Assembly: GCA_963701665.1 (NCBI GenBank)
Contig: OY969622.1
Coordinates: forward strand, 608,001-672,000
DNA length: 64,000 bases
Origin: Candidatus Babeliales bacterium
Lineage (GTDB): Bacteria; Babelota; Babeliae; Babelales; JANWKD01
Direction of reading: 5' to 3'
Below, one piece after another: positions 59,683 through 64,000 of this stretch. Made by a program: the position numbers and the translations under genes. A model generated the notes under the pieces. It saw only the letters and a list, made by a program, of their open reading frames with translations, had not been told where the DNA came from and did no database searches. Within the stretch, counting starts at the first letter, position 1. Every line of letters starts with the position of its first letter.

Positions 59683-60213
59683 CAGCCGAACCATCTTCAG
59701 CCATTAGGCTATCTTCTTCGTTCGGTTTGTCATCGCTTTGGCTTGTTTCTTGTTCATCATCAAAATCTTGTGGTGGGGCAACAGTTATAATCTGTTGTAT
59801 GATAGTGCATGATTGTATGACATCATCTTCAAAATTTTCACATCGATCAGTACACCATTCTGTTTTCTCATGAACTATATGAGTATTCATAAGGTATTGA
59901 TGACATACCCTGAATATTACCGGCCAGCCAAGAAAAGTACTGAGCAGAAAGCCGCTATTTAAAATATCGCAGGTAGGATGTTTTTTAGCCAAAAGATTAT
60001 AGGTCATGCAGATCATGGTACTCATCAAAGCCGAACATATAAAAGGATTTGAGAAACCAACGTGTGCAAGTGCAGCTGCCGATGGATTTTGCTCTTCAAA
60101 TGATACGTCAGGCATTTTTGGATTGGGATCACCATCGTGAGCAGTTGTGTAAACGGGGGCAAAAAATACCAGAGAACACATCAGTACGAGACTTTTTCTT
60201 ATGAAATTGATCA
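59672..60213 (-). CDS. Hypothetical membrane/exported protein
   Basis: Starts MINFIRK after AAGGA; acidic tail; weak similarity to 23151-23636. Confidence 0.6.
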
Positions 60214-60431
60214 TAATATGCTTCCTTATTTTGTAAACGCAGTAACAACTTCTATGTCTAGTAGTATTGTTTTCCTTCATTGTTTTGTCAAACAGATCTG
60301 ATATTTTCCTCGAATTAGCTTAAGATAAACAAAAAATAATTAAAAAATTCAATTCGTTGACTAATTGAATTAAAAGCTGTTACCTTATCTTTGAATACTT
60401 GCTTGAAAAAAATAGTTATGAGGGGGAAGAA

Positions 60432-61559
60432 ATGATCTATTTTTTAATTATTTTACTACTGCCCACAATGCTTTTTGGCACACAGCAGCAGAATGAAATG
60501 ACTAAAGTGTTTTATCACCAAAGTCCGATGAGCGATAAGTTAGTCTGTTATTTTACCCAAGATCCGGTATGTAACCGAGTGCCTTCAAAATCAAAAGAGG
60601 GTTCAGAGGTAAAGGCTACCATGCAATTTTTTATGCCCATGACGGCAGAAACAACTGAAGCAAAGACGATGATAAAAAAAATACAGGCTCAAAAAAAGCC
60701 TCATTATTCAATCACCTTTAATGAAGTGAACAAACCAATTAATGGTGTTGCTTTAACGATTCACTATAATCCGCAAAAGATTGTCTGCAATTATGAATCA
60801 TTTGATGCGATTAATACCCATAAAGGTCTTATATTTTCCTTTCACAACAAAGAGGCATTACAAACATTAAAGTTAAAAACAGACGGTTTATTGCAATACG
60901 CTTGTGTACCTTCATCAAAAAAGCACCGTATAATTCTTGATTGCGGGCATGGAGGTTTAGATACTGGTAAAGTGAGCTGTTTTGGTAATGTAAAAGAAAA
61001 AGATGTTACCTTAGCAGTTGGTCAAAAAGTAGGCAAAATTTTACGACAAAAAGGATACGAAGTTTTAGCGACACGCACTAAGGATGACTTTGTTCCTCTT
61101 GATGAACGTACTAATTTTGCTAACAAAAAAAAAGCTGATGTTTTTATTTCTATTCATGCGAATTCTGCCGTCAGGTCTGATATTCAAGGCATCGAAACCT
61201 ATTGGATGAATTATGATTTATTTAAATCATGTATGAGTTTAACGGATACATGTATTGCTGAAACATTAAAGGCATTGAAACATCACCATAGCGTTGCAAG
61301 CCAATCGCTTGCCAAATGCATTCATGAACATGCCCTGAAAGAAACACAAAAGGAGCACGCTGTTATTGATAGAAAAGTACGACAGTCAGTTGCGCAAGTC
61401 TTACTAGGCACTACAATACCCGCGGTGATTATTGAAATGGGCTATCTATCAAATCCATACGAAACAAAACTATTAACAAATCACAACTATCAGCATAAGA
61501 TCGCGCAAGGCATAGCTGCGGGTATAATTGCGTTTTTAAATGTGCGCAATCAAGCTTAA
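60432..61559 (+). CDS. N-acetylmuramoyl-L-alanine amidase (Amidase_3)
   Basis: LDCGHGG.D.G, EK...L, TR..D....L.ER, ISIHAN, IEMGYLSN..E. Confidence 0.92.
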   Translation: MIYFLIILLLPTMLFGTQQQNEMTKVFYHQSPMSDKLVCYFTQDPVCNRVPSKSKEGSEVKATMQFFMPMTAETTEAKTMIKKIQAQKKPHYSITFNEVNKPINGVALTIHYNPQKIVCNYESFDAINTHKGLIFSFHNKEALQTLKLKTDGLLQYACVPSSKKHRIILDCGHGGLDTGKVSCFGNVKEKDVTLAVGQKVGKILRQKGYEVLATRTKDDFVPLDERTNFANKKKADVFISIHANSAVRSDIQGIETYWMNYDLFKSCMSLTDTCIAETLKALKHHHSVASQSLAKCIHEHALKETQKEHAVIDRKVRQSVAQVLLGTTIPAVIIEMGYLSNPYETKLLTNHNYQHKIAQGIAAGIIAFLNVRNQA

Positions 61560-61687
61560 AAAAAAACAATTTTTTCAAAATTCTAGACTTCCGCTCTCAA
61601 GAGTGATCTGCTAAAGTAGTAAGAATAAAAATTAAAAAAGTCCGCTATCTTACATGCCTAAATTAAAAAAAGTGTAATACGATACCA

Positions 61688-63097
61688 GTGATAAAAACTA
61701 TTTGGGAAGAATTTTTAAAAATTGTCGCTCAAGAAGCTGGAAGCCATGTGGTACAAACCTGGCTTAATGCTGTTACGCTTACCGATTGGGATGCTCATGA
61801 GAAAATGGTATATATACGAGCGCCTAATATTTTTGTTAAAGAATGGATAAAAAGTCATTATTTATCTTTATTTCAATTGCATCTTCGCCGTTTACTCAAT
61901 GTTGATACCATTAAAATTGTTTTTCTTGATAATGATTTTGCTTTGCAACCTGTTGTTACGCATCTTGCTGAATCGGCCACGCATGGTTCAACAATTATTC
62001 CTGCAATTGCACTTCCTGAATCAGCGATTGAAAAAGGGAATAATCTTATAGTCAAGAAAAATAATGGCTCTAAGTACCGCAATTCGATAAATAAAAATTA
62101 CCAATTCAACACGTTCGTTGTTGGTCCAAGCAATCAATTAGCCTATGCTGCAGCTCACGCGGTGACTGAAAAGTTAGGAAAACTGTATAATCCTTTGTTT
62201 ATTTACGGTGACTCTGGTCTAGGCAAAACCCATTTGCTGCATGCAATTGGCAATAGCATTAAAAATAATAATAAGCGTTTAGAAACGATGTATCAGACGG
62301 CGGATCATTTTGTGAATGAATTTATAAATGCTATTCGGTTTGATAAAGTGCATCAGTTCAAAGAAAAATATAAAGAAATAGATGTACTTCTCATTGATGA
62401 TGTACAATTTATTTCAAACAAAGAACAAACCCAGGAAGCATTTTTCCATATTTTTAATATGCTCTACGAATCGCACAAGCAAATTGTGTTTTCAAGTGAC
62501 TCGGATCCGGCAGGCATTAACGGATTGGCTGAGCGGTTACGTTCACGTTTTGAATGGGGTCTCGTGACTGACATTCAAATTCCGACCACGGAAACGAAAA
62601 TGGCCATTCTAAAACGAAAAGCTGAATTGAGTAATCAAAAAATTGGTGATGATGTTATCGAGTTTGTTGCTTCACGCGTTGTTTCCAATATTCGTGAACT
62701 CGAGGGAGCTCTTATTCGTATAACCGCGTTCGCTGCATTTACTGAGCAACAGATAACGCTCGACTTGGCCAAAAAGATCCTCAACAATGGACGCGCGTCA
62801 AAACCGCACGCGCTTGATTTTACGGCGATCGTCAAGGTACTTCAAAAAGAATATGCTTACACCCTCGCGCAATTACGCTCGCAAAGTCGTGATAAAGAAC
62901 TATCCTTTGTACGCCAATTGGCAATGTATTTAATGAAGAAGCATACCGATAAATCTTTGCATGAAGTAGGGCACTTTTTGGGGCGCAAAGATCACACGAC
63001 TGTAATCCATGCTGTGCAAAAAATTGAAAAATGGTTGGAAAAAGATGTATCCTTAGCTCATAAGATGGAGGAGATTGAAAAAAATCTAGGTGGGTAA
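61688..63097 (+). CDS. dnaA: Chromosomal replication initiator DnaA
   Basis: YNPLFIYG.SGLGKTHL, LIDDVQF, RLRSRFEWG, NIRELEGAL, KDHTTVIHA. Confidence 0.98.
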   Translation: MIKTIWEEFLKIVAQEAGSHVVQTWLNAVTLTDWDAHEKMVYIRAPNIFVKEWIKSHYLSLFQLHLRRLLNVDTIKIVFLDNDFALQPVVTHLAESATHGSTIIPAIALPESAIEKGNNLIVKKNNGSKYRNSINKNYQFNTFVVGPSNQLAYAAAHAVTEKLGKLYNPLFIYGDSGLGKTHLLHAIGNSIKNNNKRLETMYQTADHFVNEFINAIRFDKVHQFKEKYKEIDVLLIDDVQFISNKEQTQEAFFHIFNMLYESHKQIVFSSDSDPAGINGLAERLRSRFEWGLVTDIQIPTTETKMAILKRKAELSNQKIGDDVIEFVASRVVSNIRELEGALIRITAFAAFTEQQITLDLAKKILNNGRASKPHALDFTAIVKVLQKEYAYTLAQLRSQSRDKELSFVRQLAMYLMKKHTDKSLHEVGHFLGRKDHTTVIHAVQKIEKWLEKDVSLAHKMEEIEKNLGG

Positions 63098-63115
63098 TCG
63101 TGAAAGGGATAATTA

Positions 63116-63610
63116 ATGAAACACTATTTTTTACTAGTCACTGCGTTCTTAGCGCTTTCTTTTTGGTATCAAGCACACGCTACTACATTATCATTTTTGG
63201 CGCCTGATTATTTTATGACTATGGTGCCGCGAGAAGATCAAGAAGCTTTTAAACATTTTTACAAAAATTTTATGGGCAGTCTTAAAACAATGAAGCCAAC
63301 ACAAAAAGCAAAAGCTTTAGAAGAAGTACGTGAATTTGCGTGTAATAATTTGGCAGTTAAGCATCCATTGTGGGCCCAAGAATTAAAGCCCTTCAACTAT
63401 TTTGAGCGCAGCAATAAAAAAATGTTGAATTCAGAACAGTGTGTACAAGTTCGTTCATTTTTAACACGCTATGGCGTTTATGAAACATACCTCAAAGATA
63501 AAGCGCAACTGCACGCAAGTCTTTGGGCCAAGGTTAAATCATATACCAAAAACATTAAGAACCAACTTGCTCATATTACCAATTCCATCAAAAGAACATT
63601 CTGGGCATAA
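63116..63610 (+). CDS. Exported hypothetical protein
   Basis: Signal peptide ending in AHA; AAGGGA RBS. Confidence 0.65.
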   Translation: MKHYFLLVTAFLALSFWYQAHATTLSFLAPDYFMTMVPREDQEAFKHFYKNFMGSLKTMKPTQKAKALEEVREFACNNLAVKHPLWAQELKPFNYFERSNKKMLNSEQCVQVRSFLTRYGVYETYLKDKAQLHASLWAKVKSYTKNIKNQLAHITNSIKRTFWA

Positions 63611-63622
63611 GACGAGCAGAAT

Positions 63623-64000
63623 TTAAGTTGTGGGCGTAAGTAACGCTAAAACTTCTTGCGCCCTCTCAAGTGAGCCTTTTTTGGCTTGCAGTGTGAGGTT
63701 ATTTTCTTCGCACGCAATAGCTTTGTGAATTTCATCGTAGACTTCTTGTGCTCTAAGTGTATCATTGTTTTCATATGAAATACCGAGATTGAGCAATGTT
63801 TTAATAGTCTGAGGGCTACTATGCTCTATAGCTGTTGATAGTAATGTTTTATTCTCTTGATTTGGTATATTGAATGAAAACCCTTTTTTGCTTAATAACT
63901 TAATAGTCTTGCAGAGTGCTTTTGTTCTAGCAAGAGCCTTTTGTTGCATCGCTCCGTAGCGTACGAGCATGTCGCCAGATGTGCACCAATTATTATTATT
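63623..64000 (-). CDS. Ankyrin-like repeat protein (3' part; starts beyond the window)
   Basis: LLSKKG..FNIPN.ENKTLLSTAI......IKTLLNLG. Confidence 0.6.
   Translation of the reverse strand, partial: NNNNWCTSGDMLVRYGAMQQKALARTKALCKTIKLLSKKGFSFNIPNQENKTLLSTAIEHSSPQTIKTLLNLGISYENNDTLRAQEVYDEIHKAIACEENNLTLQAKKGSLERAQEVLALLTPTT

Noticed and set aside
386..62835. Many short 60-110 aa ORFs overlapping longer genes
   Set aside because: Shadow frames of well-supported genes, with no motifs or RBS support

Overview
AT-rich bacterial chromosome segment. The gene content (many ankyrin proteins, many signal-peptide hypotheticals, alpha2-type GlyRS, NCA2-like protein) suggests an intracellular protist parasite such as Ca. 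Dependentiae/Babelota; this is inference only. Housekeeping genes: htpX, hspR, ychF, psd, mutS, rplU, Ktr/Trk pair, glyQS, an HtrA-like protease, tlyA, pssA, an amidase and dnaA. The main accessory feature is a ~13 kb element integrated at the 3' end of tRNA-Arg(CCU) (about 38272-51366). It encodes a large serine recombinase whose C-terminus is predicted to change on excision, a primase/helicase module, ERF-like annealase genes (one fused to a PD-(D/E)XK nuclease), and a nucleotide-chemistry cargo: Nudix, viperin-like radical SAM, methyltransferase and DUF1796, opposite an RHH gene and a HIT hydrolase. Also present: an IS5-family insertion splitting a gene, an Lnu(C)-like gene between duplication scars, a tandem array of secreted paralogs, a family of REP-like doublets carrying nested ~28-bp inserts, and several candidate host-directed effectors. 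All calls were made by eye from motifs; no database searches were run.
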